Made by a program: the position numbers and the translations under genes
Part shown: positions 45,330 through 54,181 of the stretch, piece after piece
Layout of the letters: each line of letters begins with the position of its first letter
Numbering within the stretch: the first letter of the stretch is position 1
Notes under the pieces: generated by a model
Seen by the model: the letters and a program-made list of their open reading frames with translations, nothing else
Told to the model about the DNA's origin: nothing
Databases searched by the model: none
Virus record (IMG/VR): IMGVR_UViG_3300047673_000294
DNA: 64,000 bases
Direction: 5' to 3' (one strand)
Origin: an uncultured virus (IMG/VR IMGVR_UViG_3300047673_000294)
Lineage: Duplodnaviria; Heunggongvirae; Uroviricota; Caudoviricetes

Positions 45330-45628
45330 AGCGGCCTCCGTTCCATACGGGCGAGTTCGATCCGCAGGTCCACACCCCGCGCCTTGAATGCGTGTTGCAG
45401 AGCAGCAGCCATCGAGGGCGCGTCCGACAACGCGGACGACGGGTCGCCGGCGGCGCGAATGTGGTGCGCGACGATGTCCTTCAGGTCGGACAGTTCGGTC
45501 GCCACGCGCAGGAGTTGAGAAGCGTTGGCGTTGGCGTCCCTGGCGTGAGCGTCCCGGTCCTCGATCAGGGATTCGATCCGGGCGGACTCGGGGGTGGGTG
45601 CGGGGCGGGAGCGGCGGAAGAACCTCAT
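45326..45628 (-). CDS. hypothetical protein
   Basis: coupled ORF MRFFRRSR. Confidence 0.55.
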   Translation of the reverse strand: MRFFRRSRPAPTPESARIESLIEDRDAHARDANANASQLLRVATELSDLKDIVAHHIRAAGDPSSALSDAPSMAAALQHAFKARGVDLRIELARMERRPL

Positions 45629-46446
45629 GCCGCACCGCCAGCCGGGCGCAGCGGCCACGTGCCATCGATCACGGCATTCGGGTCGTGCTTGTCCCCGGAC
45701 TTCTCCTTGTCGCGGAGGTACGCCTGGAAGCTGGCCGCATCCCGCCGATACCACTCGACCTGCATCTGGTGCAGATCCTCGACGGACACCCCCGCGAGGG
45801 AGTCGAAGCGCTCCGTCCGCAACTGGTGGACCCAGATCGGGCGTTGCTCGCGCGGCAGGTGGGCGATGTTGCCCATATGCCACGCTGCCCGCGCCGACAT
45901 CAGCGCGTCATACGCGGCGCCGTGCGCGGCCTTGTCGTCCCAGCCGAGCCCGTATGTGAGGGCCGTCGTCTTCATCTGGTACGGCCCCTGCGTGGGCGAC
46001 ACGCGGCGCCTGAACGGGGCAACCTGCTTGTCGATGACCATGGTGTCGATGACGTTCAGCCGGGCCCCGGCCTCGGGGATGACCTCGTTGAGGCTGCCGC
46101 CGAGGTGACGGCCGGCTTCCCTGTCGAGGAGGTTGAGGTCGTAGCTGCCGAGGTTGTGGCCGACGAGCGGCATGTCCGCCGCGATGACCTCGGACAGTGC
46201 TTTGACGATCTCGGTGATGCCCTGCTCGGCGGGCTGGCCGTGCTCGGCGAGGTGCTCGTCGGTGAGGCCGTGGACGGCGATCGCGCCGGGCTCCTGTGCG
46301 ATGCCGGGGTTGAGCAGCCAGGTGCGGGTGTCGGTGGGCAGCCCGCCGCCGACGAGGATGAGCGCGGCGGAGACGATGCGTGCGGTCTCGGGGTCCTTGT
46401 CGCTGCTCTCGAAGTCGAGGGCGGCCATGCGCTGCTGATGCCACAT
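45625..46446 (-). CDS. DEDDh 3'-5' exonuclease (DnaQ-like)
   Basis: LDFES, VHGL, GHNLGSYDL, VIDT, AHGAAYDA. Confidence 0.88.
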   Translation of the reverse strand: MWHQQRMAALDFESSDKDPETARIVSAALILVGGGLPTDTRTWLLNPGIAQEPGAIAVHGLTDEHLAEHGQPAEQGITEIVKALSEVIAADMPLVGHNLGSYDLNLLDREAGRHLGGSLNEVIPEAGARLNVIDTMVIDKQVAPFRRRVSPTQGPYQMKTTALTYGLGWDDKAAHGAAYDALMSARAAWHMGNIAHLPREQRPIWVHQLRTERFDSLAGVSVEDLHQMQVEWYRRDAASFQAYLRDKEKSGDKHDPNAVIDGTWPLRPAGGAA

Positions 46447-46523
46447 GGTGGTTCTCCGTTCGCTGTGATGTGCTGGAGAGCGGCCGCCCCGCAATGCCCG
46501 CGGGGCGGCCACCTGCGTGCGGG

Positions 46524-47393
46524 CTACCTGCTGCCGGGCTGAGCCGCGGCCGGCCAGTCCTTCGGGCCCTCAGCGCTCGACGGCGCCTCGGTGGCCTGCT
46601 GTTTGATCTCGTCGACGGTCACCCGCGGCAGCGGGAACTCCTCGTCCGCCGTGACCTCGCCGCGCTGGATCGACTGGAACGCCACCAGCAGCTGCGCGAC
46701 GTCGTGCTCCGTCCACTTCCCCGACGGCCGGCCGAGCTTCGTCTCGATGCGGTCCTGGACGATGCCGATGCCCTCGAACGCGCGGATCGCGTCGGCGATG
46801 CGCTGCGGCAGGGGCTTGCCTCCGCCGTCGGCCAGCGTCTTGGTGCAGATCTGCTTGGCCTCTTCGACGAACCAGGGCGGGAGGATCGCGAAGATGGCCT
46901 CACGGACGCGGCGGGCACCGTTGTTGGCGTTGTTCTCGTAGATGTCCCGCATGTCGGTGAGCTGCTTCGGGCCGCCCTTCTGGTCCCTCTTGTGAGGGAC
47001 GATGAACGTCGACGAGTTGCGGGAGTTCTTCTCGACGTCCCAGGCGAAGGCCTGCATCTCGGACTGACCGAACTCGTCGTCGCGGCGCATCTCGACGAGG
47101 CCGTACTGGATGTTGCCCCAGCAGCGGGCCAGCTCGCGGGCGAGGTGGACGGAGGCGCCGGTGATGTTCCCGGAGCCGCGGGAGTAGCGGAAGAACGCCC
47201 GCTCGGCGAGGAACATCTGCTGGCAGGACTGGCGCATCTCGAAGATGGCGCCGTTGATGTCGCGCGGGACTTGCTGTGCGACGACGATCGCGGCCTGGAC
47301 CTCGGCGACGGCACGGGACTGCTCGACGGCCGTGCCCTGTCCGATGCGGGCCGGAGCGGCAGGCGGGGCCGGGCGCTCAACGGGGTAGTTCAC
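46524..47393 (-). CDS. putative ssDNA-annealing recombinase (RecT-like partner)
   Basis: directly downstream of RecE-like exonuclease; AVAEVQA...PRD, RVREAI. Confidence 0.6.
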   Translation of the reverse strand: MNYPVERPAPPAAPARIGQGTAVEQSRAVAEVQAAIVVAQQVPRDINGAIFEMRQSCQQMFLAERAFFRYSRGSGNITGASVHLARELARCWGNIQYGLVEMRRDDEFGQSEMQAFAWDVEKNSRNSSTFIVPHKRDQKGGPKQLTDMRDIYENNANNGARRVREAIFAILPPWFVEEAKQICTKTLADGGGKPLPQRIADAIRAFEGIGIVQDRIETKLGRPSGKWTEHDVAQLLVAFQSIQRGEVTADEEFPLPRVTVDEIKQQATEAPSSAEGPKDWPAAAQPGSR

Positions 47394-48280
47394 AGGTACT
47401 CCTCGGTGTCACGGATGGCGGCCCACGTGGGCAGGGAGAGGTAGGCGATCTCGTCGCTGTAGCCGGGCCAGATCCCGGTGGCGGTGCACTCGGCGTAGGT
47501 CTCGATGGCGCGCCGGTTGCGGGCGGCGCCGATGCGTCGGGCCTCGGCGTCCATCTCGACGACCGTCACCACGTAGGGGGCGGTCTTCTCCTGGCAGACG
47601 AAGACGAACGCGGCGCTGTCGTCGGCGAGGTCGAGGGCGCGGGCGGCGGCCCGGTACCAGTCGTCTTGCTGGTGGTAGCCGAACTCCTGCACCGCCCGTG
47701 CCAGCGCGGTCGGTTCGGCTGAGCGGCACGTCTTGTAGTCGGGGATGATCAGCCGGCCGGAGCGGGCATCGGGCAGCCAGTCGAAGCGGGCCCTGCGCAT
47801 CACGCCGGTCGGGCGGTCGCGCCAGAACAGGGACTGCTCGGGCTTCCCTCGGGTGGGGTCGAACAGGGCGGCGGCGATGGGGTGTCGGCGCAGCGCGTCG
47901 GCCATCGAGTGGACCTGCTCGTACTCGGTCGGCTTGAGGGGGATGCCGCCCTCGTCGCGGATGGCTGCGACTTCGGCCTTGACGGCGTTCGTCGTCCACT
48001 TCTCCGCGTCGACTTTCACCAGGTCGGGGCCTTCGCCGAGGACCAGCTTGTGAGCGGCGGTGCCCAGCTCGAACGTCTTCTTCGGCTCCTGCGGGGTGTC
48101 CTGCGCGTGGCGGAACAGGGCCGGGCAGGACGGGGGGAGGAGCATGCGGGCGCCGCTGGAGGACAGCGATCCGCGGTCGGCGTGGTACTCCTCGTTGGTG
48201 AGGTTGTAGATGCCGGGCTCGGTGATAGGTGCCGGGCCGGCGGCCGGGGCGTGATGCCCGGCCTGCACGGTCGTCGTCAT
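47390..48280 (-). CDS. RecE-like PD-(D/E)xK exonuclease (DUF3799-type)
   Basis: YHAD..LSSS, GTAAH, EQSLFW, RARFD, PDYKT, GYHQQ. Confidence 0.85.
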   Translation of the reverse strand: MTTTVQAGHHAPAAGPAPITEPGIYNLTNEEYHADRGSLSSSGARMLLPPSCPALFRHAQDTPQEPKKTFELGTAAHKLVLGEGPDLVKVDAEKWTTNAVKAEVAAIRDEGGIPLKPTEYEQVHSMADALRRHPIAAALFDPTRGKPEQSLFWRDRPTGVMRRARFDWLPDARSGRLIIPDYKTCRSAEPTALARAVQEFGYHQQDDWYRAAARALDLADDSAAFVFVCQEKTAPYVVTVVEMDAEARRIGAARNRRAIETYAECTATGIWPGYSDEIAYLSLPTWAAIRDTEEYL

Positions 48281-48738
48281 CAGGCGCTGTCCTTCCTGAC
48301 GGTGTAGAAGCGGCGCGGTGTGCCGTCGCCGTGGCGGTCGAGATAGCCGTCACGGTGAAGAGCGGCGAGGTAGCGGCGGACGCTCATGCGGAGGACGTGC
48401 GTGCCGATGAGCTGATGCCACATCCGCCTGACACGGCCGGTGGTCCACTCGCCGCCCTCCGTCTGGATCGCCTCCAGGACGAACTTCCGCACGCCGCGAG
48501 CCGGATGCGCAGGGCTGGGATTGCGGCCGAGCGTGTAGAAGCGGACTCCGCGGTGCTCGGCGGGTACGAGGTAGGCGCGCCGGGCGAGGTCACGGAGGTC
48601 GCGGCGAGCGGTGTTCCTGCCGACCGTGGCCCATTCGCCTGACTTGGCGTAGATGTTGAGTGCGCGCTTGGTGGTGACGGGGCCGCCGCCTTGGGTGCGG
48701 AGGGCGGCGAGGAGGTAGGTGCGGCGGGTCTCGATCAT
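48280..48738 (-). CDS. tandem winged-helix protein
   Basis: two repeats: TT.R...ARRDLRDL...RFYT and TT.R...VRRYLAAL...RFYT. Confidence 0.6.
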   Translation of the reverse strand: MIETRRTYLLAALRTQGGGPVTTKRALNIYAKSGEWATVGRNTARRDLRDLARRAYLVPAEHRGVRFYTLGRNPSPAHPARGVRKFVLEAIQTEGGEWTTGRVRRMWHQLIGTHVLRMSVRRYLAALHRDGYLDRHGDGTPRRFYTVRKDSA

Positions 48739-48929
48739 CGGCCGCCGTCCTTCCTGGTGGGTGTGGTGGGTGCGCAGGCGGTTCCGATGAGGCACACGGC
48801 GGCTGCGGCGAGGACTCCGGTCGCGGAGGCTGCGGTCCCGGTGAAGGGGAGTGCTGCGGCGAGCGATGCGACGGCGGCTGCGGTGAGGGTGGCGGTCCAG
48901 TAGGCGAGCCACCGCAGGGTCCGAGTCAC
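48735..48929 (-). CDS. small membrane protein
   Basis: two TM helices. Confidence 0.5.
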   Translation of the reverse strand: MTRTLRWLAYWTATLTAAAVASLAAALPFTGTAASATGVLAAAAVCLIGTACAPTTPTRKDGGR

Positions 48930-49432
48930 TGGCCACCGCCCTCGGTGACGTCCGTCCAGCCCGAGTACTCGTCCTCGTCGCGGAAGTCGCCGTGCCACCC
49001 GGAGTCGGGTGCGCCGGAACGGAGCCACCCGACGGCACGCCGGTGACCGCGGTCGGGGTGGCGGGTGACGTGCTCGACGAGGAAGTAGCTGACGATTTCG
49101 GGGGCCTGGTAGCCGTTGCCGTCGGTGTAGGTGTGGCCAGGCTGGAAGAAGTCGGGAGTGGAAGGCGCTGCGGAAGCGGAGGCCTTCTCGACGGCGTCTT
49201 CAGCGCGCTCGTCGAGGATGAGCGCCGCCCGCAACAGGCCCGTCCTCGTACCGAGCGCACCCTCCGGGGTGTCCTCGCGCTCGATGCGGCGCAGGTTCCT
49301 CATCTCCTCGCGGAGGACCTCGGCGCGGTGCGCGTCGACCAGCTGCTCGGCGCGGGTGACGTCTGCCAGGGTGGCGATCCCGCCGTGGCTGTCCTCGGAC
49401 AGGGCGGCGATGATCTGACGGCGAGCGTTCAC
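48926..49432 (-). CDS. hypothetical protein
   Basis: DAHRAEVLRE, PDFFQPGHTY. Confidence 0.6.
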   Translation of the reverse strand: MNARRQIIAALSEDSHGGIATLADVTRAEQLVDAHRAEVLREEMRNLRRIEREDTPEGALGTRTGLLRAALILDERAEDAVEKASASAAPSTPDFFQPGHTYTDGNGYQAPEIVSYFLVEHVTRHPDRGHRRAVGWLRSGAPDSGWHGDFRDEDEYSGWTDVTEGGGQ

Positions 49433-49812
49433 GCGGCGGCACCGCCCTCACGCGCCGCCGGGATCGGACGCGGCGCCGCGATGTCCGCGAGCTTGTCCCG
49501 CAGCCGGCCAACCTGCGCCCCGTACACCGGGATCGCCCCGTCGTTCGCGTACTCGGCGAGCATCTGGGTCATCCGCTCGTCGAACTCGTGCCGGGCGTGA
49601 GAGTCGCGGCCCTGGTGGACGGCGGAGCGGAGCAGGTCCGCCATGTCGGTCAGCTCGGAGACCAGACCTTCCGGGTCCTCGTCGGCCTTCGTGATCAGCT
49701 CGGTGAACACGGCCTTGAACAGGAAGGCGGAGACGTCGAGTTGAGCGCCGGACGGGGTCGCGGTGACCTTGATGGGGTACGGGCCGTCGACAGGGGTGTC
49801 GTTGGTGGTCAC
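49429..49812 (-). CDS. hypothetical protein
   Basis: GTGA-coupled ORF. Confidence 0.55.
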   Translation of the reverse strand: MTTNDTPVDGPYPIKVTATPSGAQLDVSAFLFKAVFTELITKADEDPEGLVSELTDMADLLRSAVHQGRDSHARHEFDERMTQMLAEYANDGAIPVYGAQVGRLRDKLADIAAPRPIPAAREGGAAA

Positions 49813-50000
49813 GAGGTGGCTCCGTTCGACGCGGTGAGGATGAGGAGAAGAGCGGCCACGGTCAGCGGGAACTCCCGAACCCAGCGGGGCAGGAGGTGTT
49901 CGGCGCGGGCCAGCCGCATCAGCGGCAGCAGCGTGGCCAGGACGAGGACGGTCGATCCGGCGATGGCGGCGATCACGTCGCTGCGGGTCTCGTGCATCAC
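49809..50000 (-). CDS. small membrane protein
   Basis: two hydrophobic segments. Confidence 0.5.
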   Translation of the reverse strand: MMHETRSDVIAAIAGSTVLVLATLLPLMRLARAEHLLPRWVREFPLTVAALLLILTASNGATS

Positions 50001-50608
50001 GCACCGTCCAGCGGGGGCAGGTCCCGGGGCACGCGGTAGCGGTGCGCGAGCGGCCCGTCATGCGGGTCCTCGACCGCGGCACGCTGCCCGGCCAACAAGC
50101 CCCGCAGTTTGGCCACCTGTGGCGTCACGTCCTCGGCGTCCGCGCGGAGGGCCTGCGTCGGAGCGAACCGCCGCGTAATCCCATCCGGGGCGGGCTCGTC
50201 CAACGGAGCAGCCAGCGGAATACCGAAGATCTCGCGCAACTCCGGCTGCGGCACCAGGTCCTCACTGACCAACCGGCCCCGCCGCCACTGCTGGCCGGCG
50301 CGCAGGCGCTCAGCGAGTGCCGCGCGCTGCGCCTCCAGCTCGGCGAGCCGGGCCCGCAGCGCGCCGTTCGTCGTCTCCAGCTCGTCGATCCGGTCCCGGT
50401 TGGCCCGCAGCGCCTCGGCCGCCTCCGACACGGACTCGTTCGTCGAGTGCCGCTCCGCCCGCAGACGGACCAGCTCAGCCGCCGTCTCCGGCGACATCAG
50501 CAGCCCCGCCGCATCCAGCGCCAGCGCAATCCCCGCCGCCGTCTGACGGCCCTGCTCCATCGCGGCCTGCACCACACCCGCCGCCGAGTTCACCGACCGG
50601 GCGTTCAT
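49997..50608 (-). CDS. coiled-coil hypothetical protein
   Basis: LLMSPETAAEL...RLAELE. Confidence 0.6.
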   Translation of the reverse strand: MNARSVNSAAGVVQAAMEQGRQTAAGIALALDAAGLLMSPETAAELVRLRAERHSTNESVSEAAEALRANRDRIDELETTNGALRARLAELEAQRAALAERLRAGQQWRRGRLVSEDLVPQPELREIFGIPLAAPLDEPAPDGITRRFAPTQALRADAEDVTPQVAKLRGLLAGQRAAVEDPHDGPLAHRYRVPRDLPPLDGA

Positions 50609-50865
50609 GCCGACACCGCCGAACGCTCCGTCAGCGGACCGAACGCAGCCTCAACCAGCCGCAACGTCCACGGGTACGACTCACCGTCCCCCTGGTCACC
50701 GGGCGCCTCCGGCTCCGGGCAGACGAGCCGCCGCTCGCCCGTGCTGTCGATCCCGTTCGGGACCCACGTGTCGCCGTCACGGTCGACGAACACCGTGGCC
50801 TGCGGCGCCTTGTGGAGAGGGAGCACAGTCGGTCCCGTGCTCGGGGTCTGAGATGATGCGGTCAT
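50605..50865 (-). CDS. small phage protein
   Basis: VDRDGDTW...LVEAAFGPL; GAGG RBS. Confidence 0.6.
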   Translation of the reverse strand: MTASSQTPSTGPTVLPLHKAPQATVFVDRDGDTWVPNGIDSTGERRLVCPEPEAPGDQGDGESYPWTLRLVEAAFGPLTERSAVSA

Positions 50866-50958
50866 AGCCGCCTCGCTTTCACTGTGAGTGGGGTGCGCTG
50901 TAGGAGGGCTGCTCGCGCCTGGCAGTGGGAGCGGCCCTTCGGCGCGTAATGGGGTAGG

Positions 50959-51201
50959 TCAGGCGGTCGCGGCGAGCTGCGACTCGTGCTCGGCCATCCA
51001 CGCCTTGACCTCGTTCAGGTCGAAGCGGCGAGCGGCCTTCTGCGTCCCGGTGACCCGCATGGGCTCGACGGGCATGCCGGCCTCGATCCACTTGAGGACC
51101 GTCCAGTCGGAGACGCCGTAGTAGGTCTCCAACTCCTTCTGGGAAAGCAGGGGGATGAGGCCGGCCGGGAGGGGGACGCGACGTTCAGCCTTCTTCGGCA
51201 T
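50959..51201 (-). CDS. excisionase-like HTH protein
   Basis: LLSQKELETYYGVSDWTVLKWI..GMP...RRFDLNEVKAW. Confidence 0.7.
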   Translation of the reverse strand: MPKKAERRVPLPAGLIPLLSQKELETYYGVSDWTVLKWIEAGMPVEPMRVTGTQKAARRFDLNEVKAWMAEHESQLAATA

Positions 51202-51499
51202 CGGGCCTTGACCTTTCGATTGTCGAAGTCGAGTGTGGGGGCATGGTGAAGAGGTCCTGGAGGGGGGCGTTCGTCCTCCGGTGCAGTGCTTCGGCGACGA
51301 ACCAGGCGGTGGTCCACTCGCAGGGGTCGCGAGAGGTTTTGCCGCGTCCGGCGAGGCGTCCGACGGTGGCGGGGCTGATGCCCTTGCCGGCCGGATCCAC
51401 TTCCTTCGTGGCCTCGGCGAGTTCAGGACCCGTGAGCCCCGCCCTCGACATGGCTTCTCTGAGTGGCTTGCCTTCGCCCTTGCGGTGGAGTTTCGGCAT
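51185..51499 (-). CDS. Cro-like XRE regulator
   Basis: LREAMSRAGLTGPELAE...ISPATVGRL; divergent from repressor. Confidence 0.7.
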   Translation of the reverse strand: MPKLHRKGEGKPLREAMSRAGLTGPELAEATKEVDPAGKGISPATVGRLAGRGKTSRDPCEWTTAWFVAEALHRRTNAPLQDLFTMPPHSTSTIERSRPDAEEG

Positions 51500-51555
51500 G
51501 TGTACCCCGTGCCAGGTGGTGTCTGGGATCTCCCCGCTTCCGGGGTGATGTGACA

Positions 51556-51584
51556 TTTCTACAGTCGAAGTCGAATGGTGTCAA
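51556..51584 (-). promoter_or_regulatory. early lytic promoter
   Basis: TTGACA-17nt-TAGAAA; operator-like TTCTACAGTCGAAGTCGAA in the spacer. Confidence 0.7.
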
Positions 51585-51630
51585 CGAGCGGGGCCGAGAT
51601 TTGCCGAGTGGTTTCCGGGGAGTGCGTTTC

Positions 51631-51646
51631 TCGAATGCTTGTTCTA
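51631..51646. promoter_or_regulatory. possible LexA (SOS) box
   Basis: TCGAATGCTTGTTCTA, two mismatches to actinobacterial TCGAAC-N4-GTTCGA. Confidence 0.4.
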
Positions 51647-51775
51647 GGGTGGCTAGGCTGGTGTCATATGACCCAGGGGTACGGCGTGTGACGGGGAGGT
51701 CGCGCGCTGCATAGCTTTGCGCCACGCTTCTACTTTCGCTTGCAAAAAGTAGAACCGGTGGGGGAATCTTGCCTC

Positions 51776-52159
51776 GTGGACAACGCCGAGCCCCACCTCG
51801 CCGAGGACTTCCCCCAACTCCTCAAGCGACTCAAAGACGAGTACAAGGTCACCGAGCAACAGATCGGTGACGCAATCGGCGTGCACGGATCCACCGTGAA
51901 CTTCTGGGTGAACCGCAAGCGCAAGCCTCGGCCGACCGCACTGCGCGCCCTCGCGAAGGCCTACCCGAAGTTCACCGAAGCGGAGCTCTTCGCGGCGACC
52001 GACCGCGCAACCCCCGGCGACCTCGGCCCCGACGCCGAAGAGCGGATCCTCGGCCTCATCCGCGGGCTCACGGCCGAGCAGCAGCATGCGCAGGAGGCTC
52101 AACTCCGCGCGCTGAACGAGTGGAACAAGGCGAACGAGGGCCGGTCGGCAAAGTCCTGA
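51776..52159 (+). CDS. immunity repressor (CI-like XRE HTH)
   Basis: VTEQQIGDAIGVHGSTVNFWVNRKRKP; TTGCAA-18-GAATCT then leaderless GTG. Confidence 0.8.
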   Translation: MDNAEPHLAEDFPQLLKRLKDEYKVTEQQIGDAIGVHGSTVNFWVNRKRKPRPTALRALAKAYPKFTEAELFAATDRATPGDLGPDAEERILGLIRGLTAEQQHAQEAQLRALNEWNKANEGRSAKS

Positions 52160-52354
52160 CGGTCCTCGTACAACCATGCGGTCGACCTGCGAGTCTCCCC
52201 GTAAATGGACCTGCTCACTCCCTGTGAGATTCCAGCAACATCTTGTTCATCAGTGGTCGATAATTCCACCAACTGCGAGTACGGTCGTCGCACGGCCGAT
52301 GCCCTCCCCCATCTGCCTCCAGGGTCCGTCCTACCTGCGAAGTTGGGGGTACGT

Positions 52355-52603
52355 ATGTGTGTACGCGTCCGATTCTCCTCGCGCGCCACACCCCGCATCT
52401 ACGATCCAGCCACCCGCACGATCACGCTGCCGGCCGCCCTGACTCCCGCGCACAGCGTCGTCGTCATTCGCGCCGTTCTGTCTGAACTCGCCGTCGTCCA
52501 GCCCATGTTCGGTGCACGCTGCTGGTGTGGGGAGCGGGTGATGCTGCTCCCTCGCGTCCCCGAGCAGCGTAGGAGCGAGCAGGTGATCAAGCATGGAGCG
52601 TAG
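52355..52603 (+). CDS. small hypothetical protein upstream of integrase
   Basis: GGGGG RBS; MCVRVRF...ARCWCGE. Confidence 0.55.
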   Translation: MCVRVRFSSRATPRIYDPATRTITLPAALTPAHSVVVIRAVLSELAVVQPMFGARCWCGERVMLLPRVPEQRRSEQVIKHGA

Positions 52604-52638
52604 CCACCACGCCCCAACCACCCACGCGGAGGTGCACG

Positions 52639-53931
52639 ATGCCGCGTAGGGCGCAGAACAACCCACGGCAGGTCCCGAGCCGAAGCTGCGGCTGCCCCGT
52701 CTGCCTGGAGAAGTACCCGCCGGGGCAGTACGGCGAGCGGCGCCCCCGGCGGGACTGCACCGGAGCCTGGCAGGCCCGGTACCGAGACCCGTCCGGGAAG
52801 CAGAAGTCGAAGAACTACACCATCGCCGACGGCGGGAAGAAGGCGGCCGAGGCGTTCCTCGACCGGACCCGCACCGAGGTCCGTGAGCGGACGTACCGCA
52901 ACCCCGAGCGCGGGAAGATCACGCTCGCCGCCTGGTGGGAGGAGTTCTGGGAGGTCGAGCAGGAGAAGGTGTCCACCACCACCCGGAACCGCAAACTCGG
53001 CATCTGGACCAAGCACATCCAGCCGGCGTGGGGCGACTACCCGCTGAACAAGCTGGAGTACATGGCCCTCCAGAAGTGGCTCACCGCCAGGGTGAAGGGG
53101 TGGGAGACGCAGAAGAAGACGAAGGAGCTGCTCTTCGCCCTTCTCGACGCGGCCATCAAGGACGGGGAGCGGATCACCACCAACCCGGCGACGCACCTGA
53201 CGATGACGGCGACGAAGCCGGTAAAGCACCCGGACGACCTGAAGCCGCCGACGGCCGCGCAGTACGACCTCATCCACGCAGCCCTGCCCGAGTACTACCA
53301 GCGCATCTTCCGCGATTTTGCCTATGAGACAGCAATGCGGCCCGGCGAGGTGGCCGGCGCCCGGCTGCACTGCCTCGACGAGGACGAGCGCGTCCTGTAC
53401 ATCAAGGAGATCCTCATCAGCGACGGCGGGCGTCTGCTGCGGCAGGCGAAGCCGAAGACGGAGGCCGGGTACCGGGCGGTGCCGCTCACGCCGACGGCGT
53501 GGGATGCGGTGCAGTGGATGGTCGAGAGGTGGAAGCCTGCGAAGACTCGGTCTGCCATCGGTGATGGTACGGACGTGCAGTTGAAGGAGCTGATCTTCCG
53601 GGGGCCGCGGGGCGCGGCTCTGAACATCAACAACATTCGGCGCCCGTGGCGGCGTGCGTGCGTGCAGGCGGGTGTGGCGCGCATGGTGGTCGATCCGGAG
53701 ACGGGCAGGCCCGAGTGGTGGCCGCGGCCGTATGAGTACCGGCATGACGTGACCAGCCGTCTGCATCATGCCGGTGTCAAGGAGGTCGACGCGCAGCGGT
53801 TCCTCGGTCAGAAGCGTGGCGGCAAGGTGACGTGGATCTACACGCACGAGAGTGAGGGTGCGCGGGAGAACGTGCGGGATGCGCTGACCAGGGGCGAGCC
53901 GTCGGTTAGTGGACTCCGGGCCGTGGAGTGA
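52639..53931 (+). CDS. int: tyrosine integrase
   Basis: WQARYRDPSG arm-binding N-terminus; TAMRPGE, PKT, YEYRH, LGQ, WIYTH catalytic motifs. Confidence 0.92.
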   Translation: MPRRAQNNPRQVPSRSCGCPVCLEKYPPGQYGERRPRRDCTGAWQARYRDPSGKQKSKNYTIADGGKKAAEAFLDRTRTEVRERTYRNPERGKITLAAWWEEFWEVEQEKVSTTTRNRKLGIWTKHIQPAWGDYPLNKLEYMALQKWLTARVKGWETQKKTKELLFALLDAAIKDGERITTNPATHLTMTATKPVKHPDDLKPPTAAQYDLIHAALPEYYQRIFRDFAYETAMRPGEVAGARLHCLDEDERVLYIKEILISDGGRLLRQAKPKTEAGYRAVPLTPTAWDAVQWMVERWKPAKTRSAIGDGTDVQLKELIFRGPRGAALNINNIRRPWRRACVQAGVARMVVDPETGRPEWWPRPYEYRHDVTSRLHHAGVKEVDAQRFLGQKRGGKVTWIYTHESEGARENVRDALTRGEPSVSGLRAVE

Positions 53932-54083
53932 TCGTTTGTGGGTGGAGTCCACAAGGAGTCCACATGACCCCCTCGCCGCACCTCGGAACGACTCGGCTCC
54001 GCTGGACTAGCGAGAGCAGATCACCACTCGGTCCACTCGGCGCCGATCGGAACCACTCGGAATTACCGGACTCGGGGACGGAA

Positions 54084-54131
54084 GCCCTTACAAGGCGGAT
54101 GTCGGCGGTTCGAAACCGTCCGCGCCCACCA
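54084..54131 (+). tRNA. 3' half of tRNA-Val(TAC), serving as att core; not a full tRNA
   Basis: GCC-CTTACAA-GGCGG-ATGTC-GGCGG-TTCGAAA-CCGTC-CGCGCCC-A-CCA; no D-arm or 5' acceptor strand upstream. Confidence 0.88.
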
Positions 54132-54147
54132 GGATAAGTAGCAGGTC

Positions 54148-54181
54148 AGAGGCCCTGCCGGGGGAACCCGGCGGGGCCTCT
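54148..54181 (+). terminator. hairpin after tRNA 3' end
   Basis: AGAGGCCCTGCCGGG-GGAA-CCCGGCGGGGCCTCT. Confidence 0.7.

Larger units (their letters stand above)
1..54131. mobile_element. Prophage A, temperate siphovirus-like, near complete; left att lies just outside the window
   Basis: Ordered lysis-tail-head-terminase-replication-immunity-integrase modules ending at a tRNA 3' fragment. Base 1 aligns with base 55098 of prophage B, implying a unit length of about 55.1 kb. Confidence 0.95.

Noticed and set aside
52399..53952. 517-aa minus-strand ORF, and similar long ORFs such as 27800-29488 (+), 55647-57293 (+) and 61276-63039 (+)
   Set aside because: Antisense or off-frame shadows of real genes, expected in high-GC DNA; no motifs or RBS
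54060..54131. Complete tRNA-Val gene
   Set aside because: Only the anticodon loop to CCA is present. There is no 5' acceptor strand or D-arm and the anticodon stem is incomplete, so it is an att duplication
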